This document shows, in pieces, positions 1 to 14,464 of a DNA stretch of 24,000 bases. The notes under the pieces are model-generated. The model did not search any database. It had not been told where the DNA came from and saw nothing but the letters and a program-made list of their open reading frames with translations. The position numbers and the translations under genes are program-made. The stretch is taken from assembly GCF_044094645.1 (NCBI RefSeq), contig NZ_CP172017.1; one strand, written 5' to 3'. How positions within the stretch are numbered: the stretch's first letter is position 1; each line of letters starts with the position of its first letter. This stretch comes from Escherichia coli. GTDB lineage: Bacteria > Pseudomonadota > Gammaproteobacteria > Enterobacterales > Enterobacteriaceae.

Positions 1-799
1 GGATGTCATTTTCCCGATTGTCCACGGTACGCTGGGCGAAGATGGTTCCTTGCAGGGAATGCTGCGGGTCGCCAATTTACCGTTTGTAGGTTCTGATGTT
101 CTGGCTTCAGCAGCCTGTATGGACAAAGATGTCACCAAACGTCTGCTACGCGATGCCGGGCTGAACATTGCGCCATTTATTACCCTGACGCGCGCCAATC
201 GTCACAACATTAGTTTTGCCGAAGTGGAGTCTAAACTGGGGTTACCACTGTTTGTAAAACCGGCTAATCAGGGCTCTTCTGTTGGTGTCAGCAAAGTAAC
301 CAGTGAAGAACAGTACGCAATTGCCGTCGATCTGGCGTTCGAGTTCGATCATAAAGTGATCGTTGAGCAAGGGATCAAAGGTCGTGAGATCGAATGCGCA
401 GTTCTGGGCAACGACAATCCGCAAGCCAGCACCTGTGGAGAGATCGTACTCACCAGCGATTTCTATGCCTACGACACCAAGTACATTGACGAAGATGGCG
501 CGAAAGTGGTAGTTCCGGCAGCCATTGCGCCAGAAATCAACGATAAGATCCGGGCGATTGCCGTTCAGGCTTATCAAACGTTGGGATGCGCAGGCATGGC
601 GCGTGTAGACGTGTTTTTAACCCCAGAGAACGAAGTGGTGATCAACGAGATCAACACCCTGCCTGGCTTCACTAATATCAGTATGTATCCGAAGCTGTGG
701 CAAGCCAGCGGTCTGGGTTACACCGATCTGATCACACGTTTGATTGAACTGGCGCTGGAGCGTCACGCTGCGGATAACGCATTGAAAACCACAATGTAA
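1..799 (+). CDS. ddlA: D-alanine--D-alanine ligase A, 3' portion (5' end lies outside the window)
   Basis: The reading frame is open from the window edge (codons from nt 2). The translation [49 protein letters not shown]... ends ...[13 protein letters not shown] and is recognisably DdlA, an ATP-grasp enzyme. The stop is TAA 797-799. The ORF-track start at 50 is only an internal Met. Confidence 0.95.
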   Translation, partial: DVIFPIVHGTLGEDGSLQGMLRVANLPFVGSDVLASAACMDKDVTKRLLRDAGLNIAPFITLTRANRHNISFAEVESKLGLPLFVKPANQGSSVGVSKVTSEEQYAIAVDLAFEFDHKVIVEQGIKGREIECAVLGNDNPQASTCGEIVLTSDFYAYDTKYIDEDGAKVVVPAAIAPEINDKIRAIAVQAYQTLGCAGMARVDVFLTPENEVVINEINTLPGFTNISMYPKLWQASGLGYTDLITRLIELALERHAADNALKTTM

Positions 800-805
800 T
801 ATTTT

Positions 806-837
806 AACGCCCGATAATATTCTTATTGGGCGTTTTC
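806..837 (+). terminator. Putative rho-independent terminator of ddlA, overlapping the last codons of convergent yaiZ
   Basis: Stem 806-817 'aacgcccgataa' pairs with 823-834 'ttattgggcgtt' (12 bp, one G-U pair) around a 5-nt loop. The stem runs into a T4 run at 833-836, and the structure begins 7 nt after the ddlA stop. Confidence 0.55.
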
Positions 838-1035
838 AGTTTCTTCATCGCGACGACGAATAATCAACCCCGCCAGCCAGAAACTAATCACCCACGTCAC
901 CAGACCGACGGCATAGGTCTGCCAACCTTTTGCTTCAAATCCCAGTAACCCCACCACGCCATTAAGAATGAATATAAGGCCAATGGCGAACGCATAGTAG
1001 TGCCAGTCACGGCGGATTTTTACAGGCAGATTCAT
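823..1035 (-). CDS. yaiZ: Small inner-membrane protein YaiZ (70 aa, DUF2754-type)
   Basis: The translation MNLPVKIRRDWHYYAFAIGLIFILNGVVGLLGFEAKGWQTYAVGLVTWVISFWLAGLIIRRRDEETENAQ matches YaiZ as I recall it and has two hydrophobic helices. The ATG is at 1035-1033. The longer 114-aa ORF (to 1167) is treated as a spurious upstream extension. Confidence 0.8.
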   Translation of the reverse strand: MNLPVKIRRDWHYYAFAIGLIFILNGVVGLLGFEAKGWQTYAVGLVTWVISFWLAGLIIRRRDEETENAQ

Positions 1036-1294
1036 GGCAGCTCCGTTAACGAAAAACAACATCCTTGCATATTCTGCAACAACCGTCTGTGGTGTAGACA
1101 ACATTTTCGTAATTGTTAATAAATTTAACTTAAGGTTGCCATTTTGTGACTCACAACGAAGATTCACGCTTCGGGAATATTCCCAACATCAATTTACCAT
1201 GATTCTGATATTGACAATCTAAATGACCTGTCAGACTTGCCATAAGCCGCTGGTATCACACCAGAAGAGAAGCAGATGACTTCCGGAGGTTTTT

Positions 1295-1603
1295 ATGGCT
1301 GATTTCACCCTGTCAAAATCGCTGTTTAGCGGAAAATATCGCAATGCCTCTTCAACGCCTGGCAACATTGCCTATGCGTTGTTTGTGCTGTTTTGCTTTT
1401 GGGCTGGGGCGCAATTGCTGAACCTGTTAGTGCATGCGCCCGGCGTCTATGAGCGTTTAATGCAGGTCCAGGAAACAGGTCGCCCACGGGTGGAAATTGG
1501 TTTAGGTGTCGGCACCATTTTCGGGCTGATCCCGTTTTTAGTAGGCTGCCTCATTTTTGCAGTGGTGGCGCTATGGCTGCACTGGCGACATCGCCGCCAG
1601 TAA
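1295..1603 (+). CDS. yaiY: Inner-membrane protein YaiY (102 aa, DUF2755-type)
   Basis: The ATG is preceded by a strong Shine-Dalgarno, 'ggagg' plus 5 nt. The protein has two long hydrophobic segments and is recognisably YaiY. It lies between yaiZ and yaiW as in K-12. Confidence 0.85.
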
Positions 1604-1613
1604 GTTTTACATT

Positions 1614-1649
1614 GTCAGATGCGGCCTGAAACGCCTTATCTGGCCTGAC
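1614..1649. repeat. Degenerate REP-like palindromic element between convergent yaiY and yaiW
   Basis: 'gtcagatgcggcctgaaacgccttatctggcctgac' resembles the REP consensus 'gccggatgcggcgtgaacgccttatccggcctac' that occurs intact at 20521 and 20621 in this window. Confidence 0.5.
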
Positions 1650-1661
1650 ATTCCTGTTTGA

Positions 1662-2756
1662 TCACTGTTTCATACAACGCGCCCGCCGTTCGTCTACGCG
1701 CTTCGCAAACCAGGCCGTAGTCAGGTTGCGGGTGATTTTCGGGCTTTCCAGTTGAATGCCAGGCAACATTTCGCGGGGGAGTGATTTACCCGTTTTCGTT
1801 TCGGCAAGTTGATAAACTTTCTTGTACAGCGCCGTCTCCTCAAAAGAGAAGCTGTCACCTTTCTCTAACTGACGGCGAATTTCGCTGTCGCTCATCCCCA
1901 GTTTTGCAGCCAGTTTGCGCGTTGCCAGTTCGGTTTTCCCGGGTTCTTTACTGTCGTAACGAATTAAATCACCGTCCAGTGCCAGCTTCACGCCGCTGGC
2001 CTTACTGACCGCGTTCTGAAACGCGGCATTACGGCTGGCGTACCAGCCAGCGTTAAAATCAGCAAAACGGTATATCGGTGCGCTATAACTGGCGGGATAA
2101 TTCAGTAAATGGTAAGTACCAAACCACAACCCGCCGCGGCGACTGAAGACTTCCTGACGGACTGTACCGTCCATTTTCCACGGATACCCTTTGGTATGCT
2201 GTTCGGCAAAAGCAATGCTGACCTGCATCGGCCCACCGGTGCGCACCGGATTGAGCGAACCAAACAGCGTCTGCCCCATTGGCACCATGTTGATCAGATC
2301 GTCAAAAATCGCGCTCAATTGCTTTTCTGTACGCACCGAATCTAACCGTTCGCTATAACTTTTGCCGTTTGGCGATTTGATTTTTAGCGCGGTATGAACC
2401 AGAAAAGCAGGAATGTGCATCCGTTCAGCACGACGGTCAATCTCTTGCCAGGCGATCTTGCTTAAGCCCGGAACGGCCGGATCTGCCTGATAATTTGACT
2501 CCTGCTGCGCCACCGCCAGCACCGAGCAGACGTTTTCCAGCGTCGGTGCCAGCCCCTGACTTTCAAAGGTGGTGGCGAGATCTTTCGCCCAGGCATCGCG
2601 GTCTTTCACGCTCGCAGGCATCTTCTGCCGCACGACGCTCGCTACATCTATCGCTTTTTCGCCCTTTTTCAACGGTTGCGGAGCCTGACTACTACACCCC
2701 GCTAAAACCAGAACCGCCAACAATGACAGCGAAGATAGAGGATTGACGCGCGACAT
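1662..2756 (-). CDS. yaiW: Outer-membrane lipoprotein YaiW (364 aa)
   Basis: The N-terminus MSRVNPLSSLSLLAVLVLAGCSS carries a lipobox (LAGC). The gene starts 12 nt downstream of the sbmA stop on the same strand, matching the known sbmA-yaiW operon arrangement. The sequence is recognisably YaiW. Confidence 0.9.
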   Translation of the reverse strand: MSRVNPLSSLSLLAVLVLAGCSSQAPQPLKKGEKAIDVASVVRQKMPASVKDRDAWAKDLATTFESQGLAPTLENVCSVLAVAQQESNYQADPAVPGLSKIAWQEIDRRAERMHIPAFLVHTALKIKSPNGKSYSERLDSVRTEKQLSAIFDDLINMVPMGQTLFGSLNPVRTGGPMQVSIAFAEQHTKGYPWKMDGTVRQEVFSRRGGLWFGTYHLLNYPASYSAPIYRFADFNAGWYASRNAAFQNAVSKASGVKLALDGDLIRYDSKEPGKTELATRKLAAKLGMSDSEIRRQLEKGDSFSFEETALYKKVYQLAETKTGKSLPREMLPGIQLESPKITRNLTTAWFAKRVDERRARCMKQ

Positions 2757-2768
2757 TACTTCTCCTTT

Positions 2769-3989
2769 TTAGCTCAAGGTATGGGTTACTTCCTGAATTT
2801 TGTCACCATCCAGCTCATGTTCAAAGCTGCGCAGACGTTTGTAGATAGACATCAACTCAACCAGTGTGGTCCATGAGTTAATCAGGTACTGGAAAGCACC
2901 GCGAACCTGACCAAAAACGTTGGTAATCTGCGTCATCAGGCCGAGCGTAATCGTACCGGCAACAATTGACGGAAACAGCAAGAACAAACCGAAAACGTTA
3001 TCGACCTGCAAATAGAGAATGCGGGCGATGTTGAAATACATATAGTGAAAATAGAGGCGGAAATAGTTTTTCCGTACGGCGCTAAACAGCTCGCGTACCG
3101 TAGGCGGCGTCGCGCGCGTGGCATCGTCTTCACCATAAACCAGCTCTTTACGGTAGGCAGCCTCTACACGCTGGTTTTTAAACTCCAGCCCCGGCAGTTT
3201 GATCCCTACCACTGCCAGCAATCCGGTCCCCATCAGCGACCAGACGATTGCGGCAATCACCAGACCATACGGAATGTGCCCGATAATCGGCAGCTCCGGC
3301 ACATGCGCGGAGAGCGTTACCAGCACCGGCAGGAAGGCGATCAACGTCATGATGGCGTTGATAAAACTGACGCCCATATTCTCCAGCGTTGAAGCAAAAC
3401 GCATGGTGTCTTCCTGCACACGCTGTGCGGCCCCTTCGATATGACGCAGTTGTTGCCAGTTCGCCATGTAATATTCGTTCATCGCTGTACGCCAGCGGAA
3501 CACGTAGTGACTGACAAAGAAGTTGTTCAGCACACTGATCACCACAGCGATCAGCGCAATCCCCAGAAAGACGCCCACTTCGCGGTAAAATTGTTCGATG
3601 GTGACTTTATGCGGCGAACTTAGCGCGGTTTGAATCAGATCATAGAACGGCGCATACCAGGCGTTGACGGCGACCCCGACTTCCACCAAAAACCAGGTGA
3701 CGAAGATGATCAGTGCAGTACCGAGTATTGACCAGTATTGCCAACGATGCGGGCTGTAGATAAACCAGAACAATGCAAAAAGTCCTACGCAAACAATGTA
3801 GTAAGCGTAAAAAATCAGGAAATCCAACGACCAGAAACGCGCGGCGCTAATCGGGATCTGCCCGGAAGCGCCGGTGATACGCGCCACCCAGTCACCCCCA
3901 CCGGCTTGCCAGAAGATAACGGCAATCAATGCCCAAACGAAGGCCGAGAGAAAAAACGTTCCCGGCTTTGGGAAAAAAGACTTAAACAT
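2769..3989 (-). CDS. sbmA: Peptide antibiotic/antimicrobial-peptide inner-membrane transporter SbmA (406 aa)
   Basis: The translation [32 protein letters not shown]...IQEVTHTLS is SbmA. I chose ATG 3989-3987 because 'aggag' lies 5 nt upstream. The ORF-track start at 3995 is a GTG that overlaps that Shine-Dalgarno. Confidence 0.94.
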   Translation of the reverse strand: MFKSFFPKPGTFFLSAFVWALIAVIFWQAGGGDWVARITGASGQIPISAARFWSLDFLIFYAYYIVCVGLFALFWFIYSPHRWQYWSILGTALIIFVTWFLVEVGVAVNAWYAPFYDLIQTALSSPHKVTIEQFYREVGVFLGIALIAVVISVLNNFFVSHYVFRWRTAMNEYYMANWQQLRHIEGAAQRVQEDTMRFASTLENMGVSFINAIMTLIAFLPVLVTLSAHVPELPIIGHIPYGLVIAAIVWSLMGTGLLAVVGIKLPGLEFKNQRVEAAYRKELVYGEDDATRATPPTVRELFSAVRKNYFRLYFHYMYFNIARILYLQVDNVFGLFLLFPSIVAGTITLGLMTQITNVFGQVRGAFQYLINSWTTLVELMSIYKRLRSFEHELDGDKIQEVTHTLS

Positions 3990-4340
3990 ATGCACTCCTG
4001 CTAACTTCTTATCGTTTTAACAACTGCTGTGTATTAACCGCATGACCGCTACAAAGCGTCAGCCAAATGAAACCGCCCATTGTGACCCATAGCAAGGCGC
4101 TTAGTTCGCCAGCCTGACCATAAGAATTGTTTCGACGGATTTCACAAACCAAAGATTGTTTACATAAGCGGATTAACACGCGCAGGATCACAAATGCAGG
4201 CATTGGTGAGCAGGAAAAAGATCGTGTTTACGCGCCGTTACGTTTTTAACACTATTATTGCACTAATTCGCCCTTTGCAATCTATCAATGAGTAGTATAA
4301 ATACGCTCAGTTACCTTCATTCAATCTATGGACACCACCG

Positions 4341-5498
4341 TTGAAACGTAGTCTGCTTTTTTCTGCCGTGCTGTGTGCGGCGTCATTGACCTCCGTCCAT
4401 GCGGCGCAGCCGATCACTGAACCGGAGTTTGCCTCTGATATTGTCGATCGTTATGCCGATCATATTTTTTACGGCAGCGGTGCCACGGGGATGGCTCTGG
4501 TTGTTATCGACGGTAACCAGCGCGTCTTTCGCAGTTATGGCGAAACGCGACCTGGTAATAACGTTCGCCCGCAGCTGGATTCGGTCGTGCGTATTGCTTC
4601 CCTCACCAAGCTAATGACCAGTGAGATGCTGGTGAAATTGCTCGACCAGGGGACCGTGAAGTTAAACGATCCGCTAAGTAAATATGCTCCGCCAGGCGCA
4701 CGCGTGCCAACCTACAATGGGACGCCCATTACGCTGGTCAATCTGGCAACCCATACCAGCGCCCTGCCCCGTGAACAGCCCGGTGGCGCGGCACATCGTC
4801 CGGTGTTTGTCTGGCCAACGCGCGAGCAACGCTGGAAATACCTTTCTACGGCGAAGCTGAAAGCCGCGCCAGGCAGTCAGGCGGCGTACTCTAACCTTGC
4901 GTTCGACCTGCTGGCAGATGCACTGGCGAATGCGTCCGGCAAGCCTTATACCCAGTTGTTTGAAGAGCAGATTACCCGTCCATTGGGGATGAAAGACACC
5001 ACCTACACCCCCTCACCGGATCAGTGCCGCCGTTTAATGGTTGCTGAGCGCGGTGCCAGTCCGTGCAATAACACGCTGGCGGCAATTGGCAGCGGCGGCG
5101 TCTATTCCACGCCTGGCGATATGATGCGCTGGATGCAGCAGTATTTGTCATCTGATTTTTATCAGCGCAGTAACCAGGCAGATCGCATGCAGACGTTGAT
5201 TTATCAGCGCGCGCAGTTTACGAAAGTGATTGGCATGGATGTCCCCGGCAAAGCGGATGCGCTTGGTTTAGGTTGGGTATATATGGCCCCGAAAGAGGGT
5301 CGTCCGGGGATTATTCAGAAGACAGGCGGTGGTGGCGGTTTCATTACCTATATGGCGATGATCCCGCAGAAGAATATTGGCGCGTTTGTGGTGGTCACTC
5401 GTTCGCCGTTGACGCGCTTTAAAAATATGAGCGATGGCATCAATGACCTGGTGACCGAGCTAAGCGGGAATAAACCGTTGGTTATCCCCGCGTCCTGA
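4341..5498 (+). CDS. ampH: Penicillin-binding protein AmpH (class C beta-lactamase-like DD-peptidase, 385 aa)
   Basis: The gene has a TTG start. It has a signal peptide (MKRSLLFSAVLCAASLTSVHA) and the active-site SxxK motif 'SLTK'. The full-length sequence is recognisably AmpH. Confidence 0.92.
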   Translation: MKRSLLFSAVLCAASLTSVHAAQPITEPEFASDIVDRYADHIFYGSGATGMALVVIDGNQRVFRSYGETRPGNNVRPQLDSVVRIASLTKLMTSEMLVKLLDQGTVKLNDPLSKYAPPGARVPTYNGTPITLVNLATHTSALPREQPGGAAHRPVFVWPTREQRWKYLSTAKLKAAPGSQAAYSNLAFDLLADALANASGKPYTQLFEEQITRPLGMKDTTYTPSPDQCRRLMVAERGASPCNNTLAAIGSGGVYSTPGDMMRWMQQYLSSDFYQRSNQADRMQTLIYQRAQFTKVIGMDVPGKADALGLGWVYMAPKEGRPGIIQKTGGGGGFITYMAMIPQKNIGAFVVVTRSPLTRFKNMSDGINDLVTELSGNKPLVIPAS

Positions 5499-6187
<689 letters not shown>

Positions 6188-6188
6188 T

Positions 6189-9197
<3,009 letters not shown>

Positions 9198-9722
9198 TTG
9201 TCATCCCTCCTCAGGGACGTAATAAGTTGATCCATCAATTATCAATGCATAGAAAACATATTATGTTTCGCGCTAACGATTATGCTGCGTTACAGACGAA
9301 TGGTTCAATTATTCTTTCCCCTAAGTCCGAATGTGGACATATATAAAGCACGTGAACACACACAAAGAAAGAAATAACAAAAACACAATATTTCAATACG
9401 TTAATGAAAGCGTTAATTTTAAAACATAGACCATGAAAATATAAAACAACAAAAACAGACAAATAATGTATCAATAAGCAATGAACTTTAAGCTATTCAC
9501 TTTTTGGAAACGTCACCAAATCCCCAAAAACAATAATCTATGGCTATAAATAAAAATTAAAAATATTTTCAGTGAATATGAAATTATTGCTATTTCTATT
9601 ACAAAGATGTCCTGACCTCTTTTCCATTCTCTTCTTGTCAACATCGCGACAACTTTCGTAAAACATCCCTACCCTGCTTCAGGTATACTATGCCCCTCGA
9701 TTCCACAAACATCAGGCAGACC

Positions 9723-10697
9723 ATGACAGACTTAATCCAACGCCCTCGTCGCCTGCGCAAATCTCCTGCGCTGCGCGCTATGTTTGAAGAGACAACACTT
9801 AGCCTTAACGACCTGGTGTTGCCGATCTTTGTTGAAGAAGAAATTGACGACTACAAAGCCGTTGAAGCCATGCCAGGCGTGATGCGCATTCCAGAGAAAC
9901 ATCTGGCACGCGAAATTGAACGCATCGCCAACGCCGGTATTCGTTCCGTGATGACTTTTGGCATCTCTCACCATACCGATGAAACCGGCAGCGATGCCTG
10001 GCGGGAAGATGGACTGGTGGCGCGTATGTCGCGCATCTGCAAGCAGACCGTGCCAGAAATGATCGTTATGTCAGACACCTGCTTCTGTGAATACACTTCT
10101 CACGGTCACTGCGGTGTGCTGTGCGAGCATGGCGTCGACAACGACGCGACTCTGGAAAATTTAGGCAAGCAAGCCGTGGTTGCAGCTGCTGCAGGTGCAG
10201 ACTTCATCGCCCCTTCCGCCGCGATGGACGGCCAGGTACAGGCGATTCGTCAGGCGCTGGACGCTGCGGGATTTAAAGATACGGCGATTATGTCGTATTC
10301 GACCAAGTTCGCCTCCTCCTTTTATGGCCCGTTCCGTGAAGCTGCCGGAAGCGCATTAAAAGGCGACCGCAAAAGCTATCAGATGAACCCAATGAACCGT
10401 CGTGAGGCGATTCGTGAATCACTGCTGGATGAAGCCCAGGGCGCAGACTGCCTGATGGTTAAACCTGCTGGAGCGTACCTCGACATCGTGCGTGAGCTGC
10501 GTGAACGTACTGAATTGCCGATTGGCGCGTATCAGGTGAGCGGTGAGTATGCGATGATTAAGTTCGCCGCGCTGGCGGGTGCTATAGATGAAGAGAAAGT
10601 CGTGCTCGAAAGCTTAGGTTCGATTAAGCGTGCGGGTGCGGATCTGATTTTCAGCTACTTTGCGCTGGATTTGGCTGAGAAGAAGATTCTGCGTTAA
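9723..10697 (+). CDS. hemB: Porphobilinogen synthase (delta-aminolevulinic acid dehydratase), 324 aa
   Basis: The translation [36 protein letters not shown]... is HemB and includes the Cys-rich zinc site [12 protein letters not shown]. The start at ATG 9723 gives the 324-aa protein. The ORF-track start at 9690 adds 11 residues that I do not recognise as part of HemB. Confidence 0.95.
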
Positions 10698-10705
10698 TGA
10701 TCATT

Positions 10706-10729
10706 ATGCCGGGTTATCCAACCCGGCAT
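10706..10729. terminator. Hairpin between convergent hemB and tauD (putative bidirectional terminator)
   Basis: 10706-10715 'atgccgggtt' and 10720-10729 'aacccggcat' are exact reverse complements (10-bp stem) around the 4-nt loop 'atcc'. The structure lies in the 39-nt gap between the two stop codons. Flanking T/A tracts are weak. Confidence 0.55.
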
Positions 10730-10736
10730 TTCCCCC

Positions 10737-11588
10737 TTACCCCGCCCGATAAAACGGAATATCCCCAAGGATCGTCGCCCGATGCATTATCCGTCGCTGT
10801 GGCAGGTAATCGGCATTGGCATAGTGCTGGGTCACGCGGTTATCCCAAATCGCAATATCATTTGGTTGCCAGCGCCAGCGCACCTGAAACTCCGGTTTGG
10901 TGATATGGGCAAACAAAAAACTTAACAAGGCTTCGCTCTCTTTCTCGCTCACATCAACAATTCGCGTAGTAAAGCCTTCATTCACAAACAGCGCCTGTTT
11001 ACCGCTCACCGGATGCGTTCGCACCACCGGATGTAGCAACGGCGGGTTTTTCGCGACCGCCTCGCGCCAGCGTTGATGTTCCTCCTCGGTTTTGCGGTAT
11101 TTGTATTCCGGGAACGATTTACGGAAATCATGCTCCGCACGCAGCCCACTCAGCAGCTGGCGGAAGGGAACAGAGAGCGCCTCATATGCGGCAATACCGC
11201 TGGTCCAGAGCGTATCACCGCCGGTCGAAGGTAACTCTTTAGCTGCCAGAATCGCCCCTGCGGGTGGCGTTTCAATAAATGTCACATCGGTATGCCAGTT
11301 GTCGTTATCTGGCGGATTATCGTTATGGGTATCCAGCACGATGATCTCGTCAACCCCTTCGGCATGCGGGTAAACAGGGTGAATATGCAATTCGCCAAAA
11401 CGCTGGGCCAGCGCGCGTTGCTGCTGCGGCGTAATAGCTTGATCGCGTAGAAACACCACCTGATGGCGCAGCACCGCATGGTAAAGCTGTTCAAACTGAT
11501 TATCGCTTAACGGGCGCGTCAGGTCGGCACCCGAAATTTGTGCGCCGATATACGGCCCCAGCGGGGTAATGCTCAGACGTTCACTCAT
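10737..11588 (-). CDS. tauD: Taurine dioxygenase (Fe(II)/2-oxoglutarate-dependent), 283 aa
   Basis: The translation [50 protein letters not shown]... is TauD. Its start overlaps the tauC stop in a 4-nt ATGA overlap. Confidence 0.96.
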   Translation of the reverse strand: MSERLSITPLGPYIGAQISGADLTRPLSDNQFEQLYHAVLRHQVVFLRDQAITPQQQRALAQRFGELHIHPVYPHAEGVDEIIVLDTHNDNPPDNDNWHTDVTFIETPPAGAILAAKELPSTGGDTLWTSGIAAYEALSVPFRQLLSGLRAEHDFRKSFPEYKYRKTEEEHQRWREAVAKNPPLLHPVVRTHPVSGKQALFVNEGFTTRIVDVSEKESEALLSFLFAHITKPEFQVRWRWQPNDIAIWDNRVTQHYANADYLPQRRIMHRATILGDIPFYRAG

Positions 11589-12412
11589 TGTACTTCTCCA
11601 TGCCAGGGCGTCAGGCGGCGCTGTAACGCGCGCAGACCCAGTTCTAAAAGAAAGGCGATAATCGCAATCACCGCGATCCCCGCCAGCACCACGTCAGTTG
11701 CGAGAAATTCACCCGCTGACTGAACCATAAATCCTAAACCGCGCGTCGCGGCAATCAGCTCCGCCGCCACCAGCGTAGACCAGCCCACCCCCAGACCAAT
11801 ACGTAATCCGGTGAGGATTTCCGGCAGCGCACCGGGCAAAATGACAAACCACAGCACCTGCGCACGGCTGGCACCCAGCGACTGGGCGGCACGAATGCGA
11901 ACCTGCTGCACGCTTTTCACCCCCGCCAGCGCCGACATCGCCACCGGTGCAAAAATCGCTAAATAGATCAGTAAGATCTTCGAGGTTTCACCAATACCAA
12001 ACCAGATCACCATCAGCGGCAAATAAGCCAGCGGCGGCACCGGACGATAAAGCTCGATTATCGGATCCAGAATGCCGCGTACCGTAGGGCTAAGTCCCAT
12101 CGCGATCCCGACCGGAATACCGAACAACACCGCTGCAAATAGCGCCAGCACAATGCGCGTCAGGCTGGCTGCCAGATGCTGCCACAGCGTGGCGTCCATA
12201 AATCCCTGCGGCCCGGCAATGGTGAGCAGTTTTGCCAGTACCTGTTGCGGTGGCGGCAAAAACAGCGGGCTAATCAGTTGCAGCGCCGCGACTACCCACC
12301 ATACGGTGAGTAAAACCGCTAACGTGCCAATGCTTAAGGTCACCTGACGCGAGAGCGGCCAGCGCCATTTCAGCCGCCGCGAATGCAGTTTTTCATTAAT
12401 GAGCACACTCAT
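11585..12412 (-). CDS. tauC: Taurine ABC transporter permease, 275 aa
   Basis: A polytopic membrane protein recognisable as TauC. It is translationally coupled to both neighbours, with 4-nt overlaps to tauB and tauD. Confidence 0.95.
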   Translation of the reverse strand: MSVLINEKLHSRRLKWRWPLSRQVTLSIGTLAVLLTVWWVVAALQLISPLFLPPPQQVLAKLLTIAGPQGFMDATLWQHLAASLTRIVLALFAAVLFGIPVGIAMGLSPTVRGILDPIIELYRPVPPLAYLPLMVIWFGIGETSKILLIYLAIFAPVAMSALAGVKSVQQVRIRAAQSLGASRAQVLWFVILPGALPEILTGLRIGLGVGWSTLVAAELIAATRGLGFMVQSAGEFLATDVVLAGIAVIAIIAFLLELGLRALQRRLTPWHGEVQ

Positions 12413-13176
12413 GAGAACGCCTCCCGTTGCTCAAATACGCGGCTTAAAACATATTCGCGCATGGCGATGAATTGTGGATCGGACTTGATGCTGCGGCTCG
12501 ACTCTCCCGCAACAAAGCGGCGAGCAAAGTTGAGCGGCAGCCGCTCCAGCACACGGCCAGGGCCGGATGAAAGCAGAACCAGTTCAGTCGCCATAAACAC
12601 CGCTTCTTCTATATCGTGGGTAATCAACAGCACCTGCTTGCCCGTCTCCTGCCAGAGTTTCAGCAGCAGGGTTTGCATCTGGTCGCGGGTGAAGGCGTCC
12701 AGCGCACCAAACGGTTCGTCGAGTAATAACAGCTGGGGATTCGCCGCCAGCGCACGAGCAATCCCCACCCGCTGACGTTGACCACCGGAAAGCTGCCAGA
12801 TGTAGCGTTTTTCTGCGCCTTCCAGCCCCACTTTTTTCAGCATCTGGTGCGCGATTTCCAGTCGCTGCATTTTCTCTATACCTGCCAATTGCAGGCCGAA
12901 CGCCACGTTGTCCTGTACATTGCGCCACGGTAGTAGCCCTTCATTCTGAAAAACTACGCCACGCTCTGCTCCCGGTCCCTCAATACGCTTACCCGCCAGT
13001 TGAATGCTGCCATGCTGATAAGGCACAAAACCGGCAATCAGATTCAGCAGGGTGGTTTTACCGCAGCCGGACGGCCCCAGCACCACCAGTAGCTCGCCGC
13101 TTTCCAGCGTCAGGTTGATATCTTCCAGTGCCGGTTTGCCGCCATAATCGGCGTAAAGATGAGAGATTTGCAGCAT
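12409..13176 (-). CDS. tauB: Taurine ABC transporter ATP-binding protein, 255 aa
   Basis: It has Walker A (GPSGCGKTT), the ABC signature (LSGGQRQR) and Walker B (LLLLDEP), and is recognisable as TauB. Confidence 0.96.
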   Translation of the reverse strand: MLQISHLYADYGGKPALEDINLTLESGELLVVLGPSGCGKTTLLNLIAGFVPYQHGSIQLAGKRIEGPGAERGVVFQNEGLLPWRNVQDNVAFGLQLAGIEKMQRLEIAHQMLKKVGLEGAEKRYIWQLSGGQRQRVGIARALAANPQLLLLDEPFGALDAFTRDQMQTLLLKLWQETGKQVLLITHDIEEAVFMATELVLLSSGPGRVLERLPLNFARRFVAGESSRSIKSDPQFIAMREYVLSRVFEQREAFS

Positions 13177-13188
13177 CTGCGCCTCCTT

Positions 13189-14151
13189 TTATTGCACGAA
13201 GCGCGAGGTAACGTACTGGCTGTAATCATTCGCTACAGCCGGGACCTTGCCCTGCTCTTTCAAAAACTGCGCGGTGTCGATGATCGCTTTGTTCACCGGT
13301 CCGGTCAGTTCTGCCGTTTGTTGCTGCGGCGTCAGATAGGTATTCCCCTTCACCAGCCCCGGAACGTCACCTTCAGGCACGCCGCTTAAACGCGCCAGTT
13401 TGCTGATGTTTTCCGGCTGTTTCAGCCACACGTCTGGGTTAGCAATGTACGGTTGCTGAGCATCGATGGCGCTTTTAGCGAACGCTTTCACGACCTCAGG
13501 ATGTTTCTCGGCAAAATCTTTGCGCACCACCCAGACGTCCAGCGTTGGCGCGCCCCACTGCCCGACCTGTTCAGAATCGGTCAACACCTTGCCGTCTTTT
13601 TCCAGGGCGTTAACCGCCGGTGCCCAGACATAAGCACCATCAATATCTCCCCGCTGCCAGGCAGCGATAATCGCGGGCGGCTGCAGGTTCACAATCTCCA
13701 CTTGCCCGGGTTTAATGCCCCAGTGTTTCAGTGCCGCCAGCAGGCTGTAGTGGGTGGTGGAGATAAACGGTACGGCGATGCGTTTGCCAATCAGATCTTC
13801 CGGTTTGCTGATAGTTTTCTTTACCACCAGCGCTTCGGAGTTACCCAGTTTTGACGCCAGCAAGAAGACTTCAATCGGCACCTGTTGGCTGGCTGCAACC
13901 GCTAACGGGCTGGAACCGAGGTTGCCGATTTGCACGTCGCCTGAAGCCAGCGCCCGCACGATGCTGGCTCCGCTGTCAAACTTACGCCAGTCCACGGTTG
14001 CTCCGCTTTCTTTAGCAAAGGTGTTGTCGGCCTGAGCCACTTTCGCCGGTTCGGCTGAGGTTTGATACGCCACGGTGACGTTCACCGCCTGTGCCTGAAA
14101 AGCGATGAATGCCAGTGCGGCAAGAAGTGTGTTACGCGATGAAATTGCCAT
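13189..14151 (-). CDS. tauA: Taurine ABC transporter periplasmic binding protein, 320 aa
   Basis: The translation MAISSRNTLLAALAFIAFQAQAVNVTVAYQTSAEPAKV... is TauA with a signal peptide. The start is ATG 14151-14149. The ORF-track extension to 14208 adds 19 residues that are not TauA. Confidence 0.93.
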   Translation of the reverse strand: MAISSRNTLLAALAFIAFQAQAVNVTVAYQTSAEPAKVAQADNTFAKESGATVDWRKFDSGASIVRALASGDVQIGNLGSSPLAVAASQQVPIEVFLLASKLGNSEALVVKKTISKPEDLIGKRIAVPFISTTHYSLLAALKHWGIKPGQVEIVNLQPPAIIAAWQRGDIDGAYVWAPAVNALEKDGKVLTDSEQVGQWGAPTLDVWVVRKDFAEKHPEVVKAFAKSAIDAQQPYIANPDVWLKQPENISKLARLSGVPEGDVPGLVKGNTYLTPQQQTAELTGPVNKAIIDTAQFLKEQGKVPAVANDYSQYVTSRFVQ

Positions 14152-14330
14152 GATTGTCTGCTCCCCTGTCTTGTTATGGGAGCAGTATTCAGGAATAAAA
14201 ACATTCATTAAAAGAATTAGTCGTTATCGCACAGATGATTTTATTCTTAGCAAAAAAACGGCTAAGGAAAGATTAAATATGCAATTACGCCCACTCTGAT
14301 AACTCAGTAAATTACTGCACTTCATTTTAT
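14152..14330 (-). promoter_or_regulatory. tauABCD promoter/regulatory region (expected Cbl/CysB-dependent sulfate-starvation promoter); individual sites not resolved
   Basis: The assignment rests on position only, immediately upstream of tauA. Established knowledge is that tauABCD transcription requires Cbl and CysB. I cannot pinpoint the binding sites or the transcription start by eye. Confidence 0.35.
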
Positions 14331-14439
14331 TAATGCATAAACAAGCAGGTTCTAATGTCTGTTATTTTATTAACAGCAACACATATAATGAAACCATTAT
14401 ATTCACATTGCATATATAAATGTATCATTCTCAATCAAC

Positions 14440-14464
14440 CACATAATGTATTCACATAATGTAT
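14440..14464. repeat. Tandem direct repeat 'cacataatgtat' x2 (13-bp period) inside an AT-rich intergenic region
   Basis: 'cacataatgtat' occurs at 14440-14451 and again at 14453-14464. A related 'attcacat' motif lies at 14401. Confidence 0.6.

Noticed and set aside
823-1167. Longest-ORF N-terminal extensions: yaiZ 114 aa; also sbmA from 3995, hemB from 9690, tauA from 14208, frmR from 18137, yaiL from 21282 and lacI from 21463.
   Set aside because: The known proteins start at internal Met/GTG codons. These have better Shine-Dalgarno spacing where I checked (sbmA), and they match lengths I recognise for the products (70, 406, 324, 320, 91, 179 and 360 aa). The extensions run into promoters or intergenic DNA.
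4009-4203. A 64-aa minus-strand ORF between sbmA and ampH.
   Set aside because: It lies in the sbmA upstream/leader region and has no Shine-Dalgarno or recognisable sequence. It is most likely promoter DNA for the divergent sbmA and ampH genes.
12383-12928. 130-aa (plus strand) and 114-aa (minus strand, out-of-frame) ORFs within tauB. Similar shadow ORFs occur in tauA, tauC, tauD, sbmA and yaiW.
   Set aside because: They are out-of-frame or antisense shadows inside well-supported genes. Their Arg/Ser/Ala-rich translations are typical of GC-rich off-frames.
14105-14299. A 64-aa plus-strand ORF overlapping the tauA start and the upstream region.
   Set aside because: It is antisense to the tauA signal-peptide codons and then runs into AT-rich promoter DNA. 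It has no ribosome-binding site.
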